DNA of 64,000 nucleotides from a virus. Lineage: Duplodnaviria; Caudoviricetes. The notes under the pieces are model-generated. The model searched no databases. It saw only the letters and a list, made by a program, of their open reading frames with translations, and was not told the DNA's origin. Made by a program: the position numbers and the translations under genes. Of the stretch, positions 46,761-56,755 are shown piece by piece (the first letter of the stretch is position 1; the number at the start of each line of letters is the position of its first letter). The stretch covers positions 774 through 64,773 of the IMG/VR virus record IMGVR_UViG_3300015360_000043; one strand, written 5' to 3'.

Positions 46761-47007
46761 AAAGCACCTCGGCACCGACGAGACGGCGGCGCATGTCTAC
46801 CACGTAACTGCACCAAATATCCGCAAATAACTCGTCGCGATATTCGACCCAATTGCCCCCGAGCCTGATGTTTCGAGGGTGACCCTGCTCTACTTTTTTA
46901 CCGGTTGCGACAATCGTGATCGCGTCGCGCCATCCGTGTTTATCCTTAACACACAGGAATCGGTCCTTCGGTCTAAAGCGCTTTCTCGGATCCCTATTCT
47001 GCGGCAT
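46747..47007 (-). CDS. hypothetical protein
   Basis: GAGG RBS; RDPRKRFRPKD resembles the motif in the 45428 protein. Confidence 0.55.
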   Translation of the reverse strand: MPQNRDPRKRFRPKDRFLCVKDKHGWRDAITIVATGKKVEQGHPRNIRLGGNWVEYRDELFADIWCSYVVDMRRRLVGAEVLYAAK

Positions 47008-47257
47008 GGAGCGCCACCTCCCGCAGCCGGTGTATCTCGGCGATCAGGTCCGGCACGAGGTTGACGGAGGCGATGATGATAGGCCGATTGCTCGCCCACG
47101 CCGCCGCCCCGACTCCCCCATCTGCGGATTGACAGACCACCGTTCCCGTTCCGGCAGCGCCCGCCACGACGCTGTATCTACGGTAGGGCCACCATTCCCC
47201 CGGCGTGCCCGCTTCTCTCAGCGCGGCAAATTCGGCCATTCTCTCATCAAGTGTCAT
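46994..47257 (-). CDS. Ead/Ea22-like hypothetical protein
   Basis: LDERMAEF...AGTPGEW...VPDLIAEIHRLRE; paralogue of 46104. Confidence 0.6.
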   Translation of the reverse strand: MTLDERMAEFAALREAGTPGEWWPYRRYSVVAGAAGTGTVVCQSADGGVGAAAWASNRPIIIASVNLVPDLIAEIHRLREVALHAAE

Positions 47258-47688
47258 CGGTTCCTCTGGTAATCTTCGTGCCGGTCCAAGCGTTTTTGGA
47301 GGCTCCCGTTCTTCACTACGAGCTCGTCGATTAGTTTGTTTTGGATCACGTTTTTGTGCTCGGCGTAGACCAGGGCCCGGAAGCGGGCGGCGTCAAAGTC
47401 GATGACCCACCTTTCGGCCTCGGCTTTATTGGTATCGCCGTTCAAAAGCCCCATGATGATGTCATTGGCCCGGAGGCGCACCAGCTCGGCAAGGTTGTAG
47501 CCCGTGTTCGATTCCAGGCTCGACTCGACGTAGTTCTGGATGGTCTCGTATGCACTTTCGGTGAATTTTTTGACCACGCTGTCCAATGCGGGCAAGAGCG
47601 CGGTAATCATTTTTTCTGCGTATGCTTGGGTTTCCACGAACTGTGCGTCGCTTATTCCGTGAATGCCGGGGGGTATTTTGGATTCCAT
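47254..47688 (-). CDS. hypothetical protein
   Basis: GAGGA RBS; 144 aa. Confidence 0.65.
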   Translation of the reverse strand: MESKIPPGIHGISDAQFVETQAYAEKMITALLPALDSVVKKFTESAYETIQNYVESSLESNTGYNLAELVRLRANDIIMGLLNGDTNKAEAERWVIDFDAARFRALVYAEHKNVIQNKLIDELVVKNGSLQKRLDRHEDYQRNR

Positions 47689-47856
47689 CTTCCTCGTTGT
47701 CTCCTTATTTCTAGGTCTCGTAAGTCTTCTAGCGGCTCTTCGTATAGTGCCGGCTGGGGTTCAGGGTCAGGCTCCGGTGGGGGCTTAGCGGGTTTCTCGG
47801 GGGGCCCGGCAAACAATCCTTGGCGGAACCAGTGATCTGCTTCGCGCAGGTCTTCG

Positions 47857-48081
47857 TTACTTGGCATGAGTTGCCTCCAGTATTTTTTTTATATCTTCCA
47901 TCCCCGACACAAGAGAGTATCTTCGGGGCGAGGTGGCCTTGCCGCTGGCGAAGGCTATGCCCGCCCGAAACATATCGTTGAGCACGGCGGCGATAGCAGT
48001 GTGCTCTTCGTAAGTAAGTAGCGATGGCCGGGTCGCCCCCGAAGGGGGCAGTAGAGGGGGCTTAGCGGGGGGCTCAGGCAA
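47857..48081 (-). CDS. hypothetical protein
   Basis: coupled ORF. Confidence 0.5.
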   Translation of the reverse strand: MPEPPAKPPLLPPSGATRPSLLTYEEHTAIAAVLNDMFRAGIAFASGKATSPRRYSLVSGMEDIKKILEATHAK

Positions 48082-48439
48082 TCGCCACCCCCATCGCCTT
48101 GAGCGCAGCCATCACGATGGCGGTCGTCATGAGCGCGTCGCGGTGGGCCCCGGCCCGCGCTACCGCGGCGTCTTCGGTTGCATAAAACTCAAAGTAGTGT
48201 TTGGAGCCCTCGGAGCTGCCCTCGTATTCGAACCCGTTTAAACGCATCGACGCTATTACCCGGAGGGCGTCGTTGGCGTCGGTCGTGGGGGTGAAGTGGT
48301 ACATGAAATCGCGGGGCGTGTCGGGGGTAAGAAACCCGTCTTCGCCGTAGGCGTCTGTGGCTTTTTCCCAGCCCATCACATGAACTGCCGCTAGGCTATT
48401 CAATTCGTCTTTAGTCATCGTCGTCGTTGTCGTCGTCAT
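48074..48439 (-). CDS. phage ABA-sandwich-domain-like protein
   Basis: ELNSLAAVHVMGW...FTPTTDANDALRVI...AIVMAALKA. Confidence 0.7.
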   Translation of the reverse strand: MTTTTTTMTKDELNSLAAVHVMGWEKATDAYGEDGFLTPDTPRDFMYHFTPTTDANDALRVIASMRLNGFEYEGSSEGSKHYFEFYATEDAAVARAGAHRDALMTTAIVMAALKAMGVAIA

Positions 48440-48767
48440 CGGTCTCCTCGTCTTCCCATTCGTCTTCGCAATCGCAGAGGCCCGGCCAGCCGATCGTCCC
48501 GCAGCTCGGGCACTTTTCTTCTAAATCGCCGCCGCCGCCGGCGCATTTTTTGGACGACAGGCATTGGGTGTTTAAACAGGTAATTTTGGTTATCGGGCAG
48601 TAGTCGGCCCCCGAAGGGGGCCCAGGAGGGGGCAGGGGCCCGAGGGCGGCCAGCAGTGACCGGCAATCGGTGCAGATTACCGTGTCGTCATAGTCGGAGA
48701 CCTCCAGGGACTCCGAGAGCCAGAGAAGGCCCTCGCAGATGGCGCAAGTGACGGTGATGTCGGTCAT
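48411..48767 (-). CDS. Cys-rich protein with an acidic tail
   Basis: several CxxC pairs; GGAG RBS. Confidence 0.5.
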   Translation of the reverse strand: MTDITVTCAICEGLLWLSESLEVSDYDDTVICTDCRSLLAALGPLPPPGPPSGADYCPITKITCLNTQCLSSKKCAGGGGDLEEKCPSCGTIGWPGLCDCEDEWEDEETDDDDNDDDD

Positions 48768-49048
48768 GTGGAGGTCTCCGGCCCCGCGAGGGCGGCGCGG
48801 GCAACCTTGACTATGGCTCGCTGCACGTCGTCTTCAGGGAAGGAGCAGCCGCGTTCAATTTGCTCAAGAGCCTTCTGCATCGTCGCCACCCGGCCCCGGA
48901 GCTCCTCGGCCTCATGGAGCGCCGCGTCCCGCTCGGCGGCTTCAAAGCGCACTCTGTGCTGCAATACAGCCCGCTGCTCCTCGTAGAGCGTACTCAGTGC
49001 CTCGACTGCTGTTTGGATATTGAGGATTAACTGACGGTCGTTAGCCAT
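48764..49048 (-). CDS. coiled-coil hypothetical protein
   Basis: GGAGG RBS before MANDR. Confidence 0.55.
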   Translation of the reverse strand: MANDRQLILNIQTAVEALSTLYEEQRAVLQHRVRFEAAERDAALHEAEELRGRVATMQKALEQIERGCSFPEDDVQRAIVKVARAALAGPETST

Positions 49049-49436
49049 TCCCGGCCTCCTTCGCGGCGCGTAGGGATGCGCCAAAAGCACTCAGGGCGTC
49101 GCAGGCCGCATGGTATGTTTGCATTTCGTCCGTGTCGTCCTTCCCGGCCACTCCCTCTTTGCCTAGGTAGGCGTGGTGGGAGGTATACACAGCGACCACT
49201 AACGCATGAGTTTTCATCGCCTCTTCGTATTTCTGCTCGGCTTCGTTCAGTGAGTACTTCAGCAGCTCGTTATGCCTGAGGGCAAAGGCCCCGAGGGTCA
49301 AGGCTTCGGCCTCGCCGGTGCTGGCCTTTACTCGTTCTTTGGCATAATGGCTTGAGCCAAAAGTGTACTTGCTGGCGAAGCTGGTGGTCCAGGCAGCCAT
49401 CTGGGTCAGCTTGTCGGCAGCCTCAGCCGCCGTCAT
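49041..49436 (-). CDS. hypothetical protein
   Basis: coupled ORF. Confidence 0.6.
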   Translation of the reverse strand: MTAAEAADKLTQMAAWTTSFASKYTFGSSHYAKERVKASTGEAEALTLGAFALRHNELLKYSLNEAEQKYEEAMKTHALVVAVYTSHHAYLGKEGVAGKDDTDEMQTYHAACDALSAFGASLRAAKEAGNG

Positions 49437-49654
49437 CCTTGGTCCCCGTCAAGTAACGATTCCAGGAGTATCCGGGCGGCCAGCCCGCGGCCCGCGACTA
49501 TGTGCTTCTGGATCTCGGGCGACCACTCTTCGAACTTCGCCCATCGGGCCACCGCGGCGTCGCGCTCGACCCGGGCTACGTCTCGCTCGCTGGTCAGAAT
49601 AGCGAGGTCCTTTTTACAAGAACGCAGGTGTACTTTGTCTTCGTATTTAGTCAT
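49433..49654 (-). CDS. hypothetical protein
   Basis: AAGGA RBS; coupled ORF. Confidence 0.55.
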   Translation of the reverse strand: MTKYEDKVHLRSCKKDLAILTSERDVARVERDAAVARWAKFEEWSPEIQKHIVAGRGLAARILLESLLDGDQG

Positions 49655-49666
49655 TTAGGGATTCCT

Positions 49667-50383
49667 TTACTGCGGCGGCCCCTGGGCGGTAATCTTTGGG
49701 GGCTCCACCCCGCAGTCAATCAATACCGAGCTTTCCGCTGGCTGCCGAACAAATGCAAACGTCCACCAGATGCAGCGCGAGGTTGTGTTGTAGTTCTCCG
49801 GCCCGATGCGCCCGGGGCGAAGCTGGTTGGTGCCGAGGCCTGCCCTGTAAAGCGGATCAGGCGGCGAGCGGTGCGCACGGTTCGAGACCTGATCCCAGTT
49901 TTGCACCTGCTCGACGCGGGCGAGCGTTGGTTGGTCCGCCGCGACGCCAGACGCCACGGGTCCCGCCAACTGTAGCTCTACTGCCACGACGAGATCGCCC
50001 GCCCAGGACGTTTTCGGCAGCGCCCCCTCGCCGTTATGGTCGTAGTCGCCCCCCGCGACCATCAGCATCCCGTTACGCATGATGAGGGCCTCGGCGCTTA
50101 CAACATAGTGCCCCCAGGCGTTGGCCTGGAGCACCCGAGCTGTAAGCCGCTGGGGGGCCGCAGGCGGCACCGGTGCAGCGTCGAGCACCCAGCCGGCGGG
50201 CGTCTGGCGCAGGCCCAGCCCGGCCCCCACCTTGACGCGAAACGCATCCCCATTAAGGGCTACTGCATAAAACCGTATCTCTGACGGCGGGGAGCTCAGG
50301 GCGCTCGACTCCCGCAGCATCGACGGCGGTATGGTGGTTTGCGCGTACATCGCGGTGGCGAAAAGGAAAATCAGATATCGCAT
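49667..50383 (-). CDS. secreted-type protein
   Basis: MRYLIFLFATAMYAQ signal peptide; RNGMLMVAGGDY motif. Confidence 0.6.
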   Translation of the reverse strand: MRYLIFLFATAMYAQTTIPPSMLRESSALSSPPSEIRFYAVALNGDAFRVKVGAGLGLRQTPAGWVLDAAPVPPAAPQRLTARVLQANAWGHYVVSAEALIMRNGMLMVAGGDYDHNGEGALPKTSWAGDLVVAVELQLAGPVASGVAADQPTLARVEQVQNWDQVSNRAHRSPPDPLYRAGLGTNQLRPGRIGPENYNTTSRCIWWTFAFVRQPAESSVLIDCGVEPPKITAQGPPQ

Positions 50384-50879
50384 AGGGTAGATCCTGGAAA
50401 AGTGTGTTGAGGTGGGAAGTTCTGAGGGGACTGACTGCGTTGCAGCCAAAGCTCCTCCATTTTGGTTAAGGGCGTCGGGGCCGGCTGCATTTTCGCCCGG
50501 GCAATAGTCGCCCGACGCTGCGCAAGGGAGCACTCTTTAATCTCCCGCACGATCCGCCTCCACCATGCCAACCTCTCGGTCGCGGTCAGCCCGGGAGGTA
50601 TGGCGTGGCGGTAATCACCAGGGTGTGCCATTAGAGGCTCCTGGTATTGTGGGAACGAAAGGGTCGTCGAACGGGGCCTGCAAGGGTCGCCCGAGCACGG
50701 CTTCCAGGGTGGCTTGCATTTCGGCCAAGCGGTCAAGAATTCGGGTGATTTCGAGCCGGGCGGCAGTCAGTTGGCCCTCACATTCCATTTCCGGGGCTGT
50801 GTCGTGCAGCCAGGGGGGCAGGTGGAGGGGGGAGGTTGAGGGGCCCGTCAAGGGCCCCGCTCCTTGCGGTTTGGGTAGT

Positions 50880-51170
50880 TTAATAGGTGGCATGAGGGGG
50901 TCTGTTGTAGGCCGCCATAGCGGCACGGTCGAGGATGTCTTCGTAGTCCGCTCGTTCCGTTTCTTGCTCCGCTGTCCGGCCTTGCCAGATTGTCAGGTTG
51001 GCGAGCAGGGTAGGCCGGGCGTGGGGCAGCTCCCCGCAGTAGGCCCCGAACGTCCATTCGGGCCACGACCTGAGGTGGCCGTTGTTGATGTCGTCTTGGA
51101 CCGCCGCGGCTTCCTGCTCGCCCCAGGCGGTGCCACGCTCAGTGGCTTCTGTTATTTGCTCCGTTGTCAT
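50880..51170 (-). CDS. hypothetical protein, paralogue of 62933-63193
   Basis: WPEWTFGAYCGELP versus WPPWSPGAYCGAIP. Confidence 0.7.
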   Translation of the reverse strand: MTTEQITEATERGTAWGEQEAAAVQDDINNGHLRSWPEWTFGAYCGELPHARPTLLANLTIWQGRTAEQETERADYEDILDRAAMAAYNRPPHATY

Positions 51171-51242
51171 GTGAATTTTCTCCAGTGGGGTACCAAAGGG
51201 GGCTCGTTAGGCCCCCGAAAGTTGAGTGTTTAAACGCTACGA

Positions 51243-51488
51243 CTAGCCGATCACCGAGACCGGGAAGACGAGCGGCATGGGTGCCGCCAGGGTGGTAGGC
51301 TGCGGATCCGTCTTGCGGGCCGCCCGCTTCCGGGTCTTCCGCATGGAGGTCGAGCGGGCGTCGGAGTTGGCAAGGCCGCTGGTCAGGATCTCCGAGACCT
51401 CGGAGTAGCCCATGGAGCCTTTCAGCACCGTGTAGATGGCCTTGCGAAGAATTCGCAGTTGCTTGGGGTGATTGTTTGTGTCAGACAT
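51243..51488 (-). CDS. small basic protein
   Basis: AAGGA RBS; R/K-rich. Confidence 0.6.
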   Translation of the reverse strand: MSDTNNHPKQLRILRKAIYTVLKGSMGYSEVSEILTSGLANSDARSTSMRKTRKRAARKTDPQPTTLAAPMPLVFPVSVIG

Positions 51489-51569
51489 GATTTCCTTTAA
51501 GGGTTGAGGCCCCTCTACTGAAGGGGCCGGAAGGCGGTTTTGGGTACCTCAGGAAGAGGGCCCGGGGGG

Positions 51570-51968
<399 letters not shown>

Positions 51969-51990
51969 AATGTGCTCTGGTTTCGTTATT

Positions 51991-52020
51991 ATTTTACCGC
52001 CCGGGCCGGTAATGTGTCAA
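51991..52020 (-). promoter_or_regulatory. sigma70-type promoter
   Basis: TTGACA-18 nt-TAAAAT; spacer is a near-palindrome (TTACCGGCCCGGGCGGTAA). Confidence 0.75.
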
Positions 52021-52037
52021 CTCGATTGGTAGGATAC

Positions 52038-52295
52038 CTAGGTAAGCGCCGCGTAGGGCCGGCGGCCTACATGCCATTGGTGACAAAAGTCACATGTGTA
52101 CGCGGTGAACTCATACCCTGGGGCCAGGGGTTTTCCAGATGTCGGGGCTTCCATGATTGATTTCACGACCGCCTCCTTCGCCCGGCGTTCAGTAGGGAAG
52201 GCGGTTTTTCGTAGGCAGGTTGCGATTAGCCGGTTCCGGGCCGCCCCCTCAGGGAGAGCTAACGGATCAATCCGGCGGCTTAGGGTGCGCGGCAT
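52038..52295 (-). CDS. small Zn-binding phage protein
   Basis: C..K.AF...AYTCDFCHQWH. Confidence 0.65.
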   Translation of the reverse strand: MPRTLSRRIDPLALPEGAARNRLIATCLRKTAFPTERRAKEAVVKSIMEAPTSGKPLAPGYEFTAYTCDFCHQWHVGRRPYAALT

Positions 52296-52307
52296 GGGGT
52301 GCTCGGG

Positions 52308-52862
52308 CTAGCCGCCCGCTCCGTTAGCTATGATCGCCGAGGAATAGGTGAGCCCGAGGGCCTTTTCTCGCCGGTGGAGCGCTGCTTCGATAGCCCGTAG
52401 CGTGACTTCGTTGTTCGTTGCCCGGATGCTCGACTGGGAATCTATGCTAGCCCTTAGGTTTTCTAGCTTGGTCGTCAGGTCAAGTATCTGGGCCTCGTAG
52501 GCGTTGGAAATCGCGGTACAAGTCATTTCGCCGGTGTTGCTCAACATTCCCACGCCCGCCCGGTGGTAGAGCGTTTTCATGTCGGCGTCAACCAAATTCG
52601 TCAGCAGGATCTTCCAGCCGTAGATAATGTTGTAGTTTACCCACTCGCGGACCAGGATGATATTTCTACTCCACTCCGCCGAGTCAGTGACCCGGGTGAC
52701 CCGGTGGGTCACGATACGGACCTTGAAGCCCAGGGTAAGCTGTTTTTCAATTTGTTCAATGGTTTTTTTGATCGGTTTGCCGAGGATGGTAGTATTGTCC
52801 GCCGGTATGGTGGCGACTACCCCGTCGAATTCATAGCCTATCCAGGCGTTAGGGTTTGTCAT
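52308..52862 (-). CDS. HAD-fold protein with degenerate catalytic motifs
   Basis: WIGYEFDGVVA, GKPI, GFKVRIVTHRV; DxDGT and DD motifs altered. Confidence 0.65.
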   Translation of the reverse strand: MTNPNAWIGYEFDGVVATIPADNTTILGKPIKKTIEQIEKQLTLGFKVRIVTHRVTRVTDSAEWSRNIILVREWVNYNIIYGWKILLTNLVDADMKTLYHRAGVGMLSNTGEMTCTAISNAYEAQILDLTTKLENLRASIDSQSSIRATNNEVTLRAIEAALHRREKALGLTYSSAIIANGAGG

Positions 52863-53194
52863 TTGAGTAACGTTTTCTCCATTTGTGTGTATTTTTCCAA
52901 TATCGGGTGCCCGTATGGCACCGCCAAAGCTAGCTCTCGGGCGAGTGCTACCCAGTCCTTCATGAAATACCCCGGAAGGGCCTCAGGGGGAGTCCATTCC
53001 GGGTCCATGTTTCGTTGTTCAACCAGCGCGGTGAAGTAGCTGCGGACGTCTTTCTCCTCGTGGCTGATAAACACTTCCTTGCCGCCCTTGTTGGCCTCGC
53101 ATACTCCCCAGAAGCGCTTTGACCTGGAGTCGAAGGAGCTGAAGATCATGTACGCCGGGGCGTCCGGGCGGTCGATCGCGCATTTGACGCTCAT
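52859..53194 (-). CDS. hypothetical protein
   Basis: ATG directly after the Pnkp stop. Confidence 0.6.
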   Translation of the reverse strand: MSVKCAIDRPDAPAYMIFSSFDSRSKRFWGVCEANKGGKEVFISHEEKDVRSYFTALVEQRNMDPEWTPPEALPGYFMKDWVALARELALAVPYGHPILEKYTQMEKTLLK

Positions 53195-53195
53195 C

Positions 53196-54179
53196 CTAGA
53201 ACTCCCGCCCGAAGCCCAACTGGTAGAGGGGCAGTCCGAGCTGCTGCCACATGCGGCAGACTTGAGGCCGGTCGTCGAAGACATACGCGACGTGGTACTG
53301 GGGGGCGATGAGGCTGAGGAAGAAATCCTTCTTGACCAGCCAGTCCGCCCGGGTGTCCGCCGGCGCTCTGCCGAGGAGGGAGAACGTCGAGGTCCGGTCA
53401 TCCACGCTGCCGAAGTGCCTGCTGTAGAACTTTTCGTGCAGCTTTTGCAGGGTCGCGGCTTCGGTGGCCTTTGACAAGGTTCGGCCCGTGAGGAAGATGA
53501 TTTTGCCGATACTGCTGTCCAGCCGCAGGGCGGCCATGATGTCGAGCAGGCCGTAATTCCAGGTGTCTGTCAGGCAGGCGTCGCCGGGGTCATACATGTT
53601 GCGCTTGCCGTCGCTGTAGAGCAAGGTGCCGTCGAGGTCGCAGATGATCGCCCGAGGGCGGGGCAGCCGCAGCGGCCCAGTCAGGTGGGTAAGGTTGGGG
53701 TGCGGCGTAAGGAATACCCGGTAGTCCTGGTAGAGCGCCTGGAAGTTATCCATGGCGTCTTCTGGTACCGGGGTCTCTCGCTCGGAGTTGACAAGCCGGG
53801 CTTGCTCGATCGAGTTGCCCAGCCGGCCCCTTTCGGAGTTGGCCGCGTGGACGTCGATAAACCGCAGGGCCGCGCCGGCTTGCTTGGCCAGCTCGGACCA
53901 GCTAGCGTGTGATCTGGCGGTCAGGTTGGTGTCGTCTACCACGACCGTGATGCCGAGGGAGAGCCAGAGGCGGGCGAGCTTTCTCTCGGACTCGATGATA
54001 AGTGACTCGGGGGGCCGGACAGCGCCCGTCATGGCCCGGAGGTCGTCCCGGTTGATCCGCAGCGCCGGGGCGTTGATTTCGAGTATTTGTTTGGCGATGG
54101 TCGATTTGCCGCCGCCGGGGATACCTTGCAGGACGTAGAGCAAGGGCGGTACAAGAGAGTTGATTGAGGTGTTTTGCAT
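53196..54179 (-). CDS. pseT: polynucleotide 5'-kinase / 3'-phosphatase (T4 PseT-like)
   Basis: GIPGGGKST, RINRDDLR, VVDDTN; HAD domain DLDGT, LTGR, R.D..VK, FDDRPQV. Confidence 0.9.
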   Translation of the reverse strand: MQNTSINSLVPPLLYVLQGIPGGGKSTIAKQILEINAPALRINRDDLRAMTGAVRPPESLIIESERKLARLWLSLGITVVVDDTNLTARSHASWSELAKQAGAALRFIDVHAANSERGRLGNSIEQARLVNSERETPVPEDAMDNFQALYQDYRVFLTPHPNLTHLTGPLRLPRPRAIICDLDGTLLYSDGKRNMYDPGDACLTDTWNYGLLDIMAALRLDSSIGKIIFLTGRTLSKATEAATLQKLHEKFYSRHFGSVDDRTSTFSLLGRAPADTRADWLVKKDFFLSLIAPQYHVAYVFDDRPQVCRMWQQLGLPLYQLGFGREF

Positions 54180-54367
54180 GGGGTTAGAGAGGCAAGAGGT
54201 GGATGAAATCATAGATGTAAACCAGCAGGTAGCAGCCGAACCAGAAGATGGAGCCTCTCCACTCCCGCCCGGTGCTAAGGTCTTCCCAGGCGCAGATGAG
54301 AGAGGAGGTGATAATGCTGGTTATCAGGGTGAGGCAGAGGAGCAGGACCACGCGCTCAAGCATTTGG

Positions 54368-54613
54368 CTACTCGACCCGCCAGATATTCCAGCTCGTCTC
54401 CAGGAGCCCGTCGGCGTCAACGGTTTTGACTGTCCGGCTGGCCGTCTTCATGTTTAGCCGTTTTGCGGCAATGCAAAAGTTGCTGACCTGGGTCTTTTTA
54501 TGCACGGTGACATAATCCGTGCCTACGGCCATTTTGTTTAGCGTGTCTCGGAACTCGCCCGAGCGCAAAGCGCGGGGAGGAAGGGGGGAGTTTTTGGTGA
54601 TTTCAAACGGCAT
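54368..54613 (-). CDS. small putative DNA-binding protein
   Basis: FEITKNSPLP...MAVG...IWRVE pattern. Confidence 0.65.
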   Translation of the reverse strand: MPFEITKNSPLPPRALRSGEFRDTLNKMAVGTDYVTVHKKTQVSNFCIAAKRLNMKTASRTVKTVDADGLLETSWNIWRVE

Positions 54614-54645
54614 GGGGTTCCTTTAGGTTGGGTGTTGGGCCTGGG

Positions 54646-55248
54646 TCAGGCGGGTTCCGGCGGATCCTCGTCTTCAAGGTCGGGGGCCGGGAATTCACGT
54701 CCGCAGAAGCACGTCGGTAGCCCGAGGGCGATTGTTTTGCGGGACGCTCGTAGCAGATAATCATCCTCGTGGCGGTCATTTGCCGCGCAGATGAGTTTTA
54801 TCATCCGGGTGGTTTGCTTTTTCTCTACCAGCAGGGGGATGAGCTCGACATGGGGGTAATCGCCGATCGCGGCTACCATCTGAGACAGCATGTCGTGGGT
54901 TGCTTCGGTGATCTCAGTCGAGGTCGCTTTGCCGGTGAGGCCGATTTTGGCCATGCCCCGTTTAAACGGTGCCTTGTGGCCGGCTCCCGAAGGCAGCGCC
55001 GCGTGCAGCAGCTCGTGCATGAGAACGCCGCCGACTTGGACAGGTTCCACCATCTTAGGTGATATATAGATCTGAGATACTTGATCCGGGGCCGCCTCGC
55101 GCACCCAGCATTGACCCAGGGTCTTCCAGGGCGTCTTGCTCGCGAACCCAACGCTGACCCGGAGAGTCTCCGGCAGCTCATGTTCGCAGGCTTTAAAGTG
55201 GGGTCGGAGGCGGTCGGTGAGGGTCGTGAGCCATTGTTCTCTGTTCAT
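54646..55248 (-). CDS. SprT-like zinc metalloprotease
   Basis: REQWL, LGQCW, IYISP, HELLHA...GHK..FK; C-terminal Cys motifs. Confidence 0.8.
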   Translation of the reverse strand: MNREQWLTTLTDRLRPHFKACEHELPETLRVSVGFASKTPWKTLGQCWVREAAPDQVSQIYISPKMVEPVQVGGVLMHELLHAALPSGAGHKAPFKRGMAKIGLTGKATSTEITEATHDMLSQMVAAIGDYPHVELIPLLVEKKQTTRMIKLICAANDRHEDDYLLRASRKTIALGLPTCFCGREFPAPDLEDEDPPEPA

Positions 55249-55253
55249 AGGGG

Positions 55254-55478
55254 TTACCGGGGGATTTTGTCGATCTGGGACCAGAGCGCCGCGGAGCTTA
55301 GAAAGCCGATGGCCAGGAGGAAAAAGCCAATGCCCGCCCAGATTATCGCGTCGATCTCGTACTTACGCTCTTTCCAGCTAAGGACAAAGGCGGCGGTGGG
55401 AAGCATGAGGAAGCAGAGGCCGAACATGAAGACGCCTATTTTGAGGCCGGCGATAACGCCGGGGGCCTCGGGGGTCAT
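55254..55478 (-). CDS. membrane protein with two TM helices
   Basis: two hydrophobic segments. Confidence 0.55.
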   Translation of the reverse strand: MTPEAPGVIAGLKIGVFMFGLCFLMLPTAAFVLSWKERKYEIDAIIWAGIGFFLLAIGFLSSAALWSQIDKIPR

Positions 55479-55768
55479 ACTGGCCCCTGGAAGATGGTCC
55501 AGACGGCGTAGACCGCCAGGGCTCCGAGCACCGCAAAGTAGCAGAGCTCTTTAAAGCTCGGCGGCTCCGGCGGCTGACAGCTCGGGTACTCACAGTCTTC
55601 CCCGTAATCGTCATCCCAGAGGGGGGTTTTATTTATGTCCTGTGCCATCGTTATCCTTGTTTTCCGGTAGGGGGTCTGGGTGAGGGGGCGGGGCAATGTA
55701 GGACTCCTTGGGAGGGGGGATGATAAACTCTTTCAGAAAGCCGAGGTCTTCGGCGTCGGGTCGCATGG

Positions 55769-56104
55769 CTACTCGGCCCCTGGGTGCGGCAGGCTGCGGC
55801 CTTTTGCCTTGAGGTCGGTGTAGGCAATCGAGGGGGAAGTCCAGGCGGCGGTGGACGTCCGGCATAGCATACGGTTGACCCACTCGGAGAGCGATTCGGC
55901 CCAGCGTTGGTCCGTCGCCGTTCGCCACTCGTTGAACTCCTGGGTTTCGATAAGTGTCCCCGCCCGGCCACCCAGGGGCCAGAGGATTTGGATGCCCGTA
56001 GGCAGGTTGACCGTCGCGAGCACGGCGGGGGACAGAACGGTTTGGCCGCTCTTCCAGCCGGGGTGGATTAGTCGTTTTGGTTCAGTGTGTTCCAGATACA
56101 GCAT
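55769..56104 (-). CDS. hypothetical protein
   Basis: GAGGA RBS. Confidence 0.55.
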   Translation of the reverse strand: MLYLEHTEPKRLIHPGWKSGQTVLSPAVLATVNLPTGIQILWPLGGRAGTLIETQEFNEWRTATDQRWAESLSEWVNRMLCRTSTAAWTSPSIAYTDLKAKGRSLPHPGAE

Positions 56105-56339
56105 ATAATTTCCTCGTGCGGGCGGCCCGCGGGTTAGAAGGGGAGTAGGGGATTAGGGACGTGGATTCCTCGGGGTCGCCGAGGGCGGCGGTTGCGCCGG
56201 CAGAAGTCCCAATAGGGCACATGCTCGGGGTGTTTAGGAGGGCTTGTTGGGCCCTCCAGGGTTGGTGGTGCCGGGTTTGCCAGATGTTCTCCCACCGGAG
56301 CTCATCGGCGATTTCCTCTGCGCGACTTCGCATGGAGGT

Positions 56340-56741
56340 CTAGAAGATGGCGAGGCAGCCGTCTCGGTTCTTGTATTCCTTAATGGTCATATCGGTGAAC
56401 GAGATCTTTCCGAGTCGCGTAGCGCCGCCGGGGTGTTTGCCAGAGGTGTAGAACGCAGAGTCAGTGGGAATGGTAGTGCTGTCGGTAATGTAGAACCGGT
56501 CATGGGGGGCGCGGGTACCTAGCGTAGCAGGGTTATTGACTCGCACAGCGCCAATCTTATCAGCCAATTTGGCAATGGCCGATTCGCGATGTTCCGCAAA
56601 GACGACGGCCACCCGTGAGACGTAGACGATGGAGTCTAGCTGGGTCAGAACGCTGTCTTCGGGGCATATAAGGTAGGAGAACAGGTACGCCACGTAGTCG
56701 TCGGCATTTGTTTCCTCTTCACGCTCAATAGTCTTTCTCAT
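56340..56741 (-). CDS. hypothetical protein
   Basis: GAGGA RBS. Confidence 0.6.
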   Translation of the reverse strand: MRKTIEREEETNADDYVAYLFSYLICPEDSVLTQLDSIVYVSRVAVVFAEHRESAIAKLADKIGAVRVNNPATLGTRAPHDRFYITDSTTIPTDSAFYTSGKHPGGATRLGKISFTDMTIKEYKNRDGCLAIF

Positions 56742-56755
56742 GTGTTTTCCTCGGG

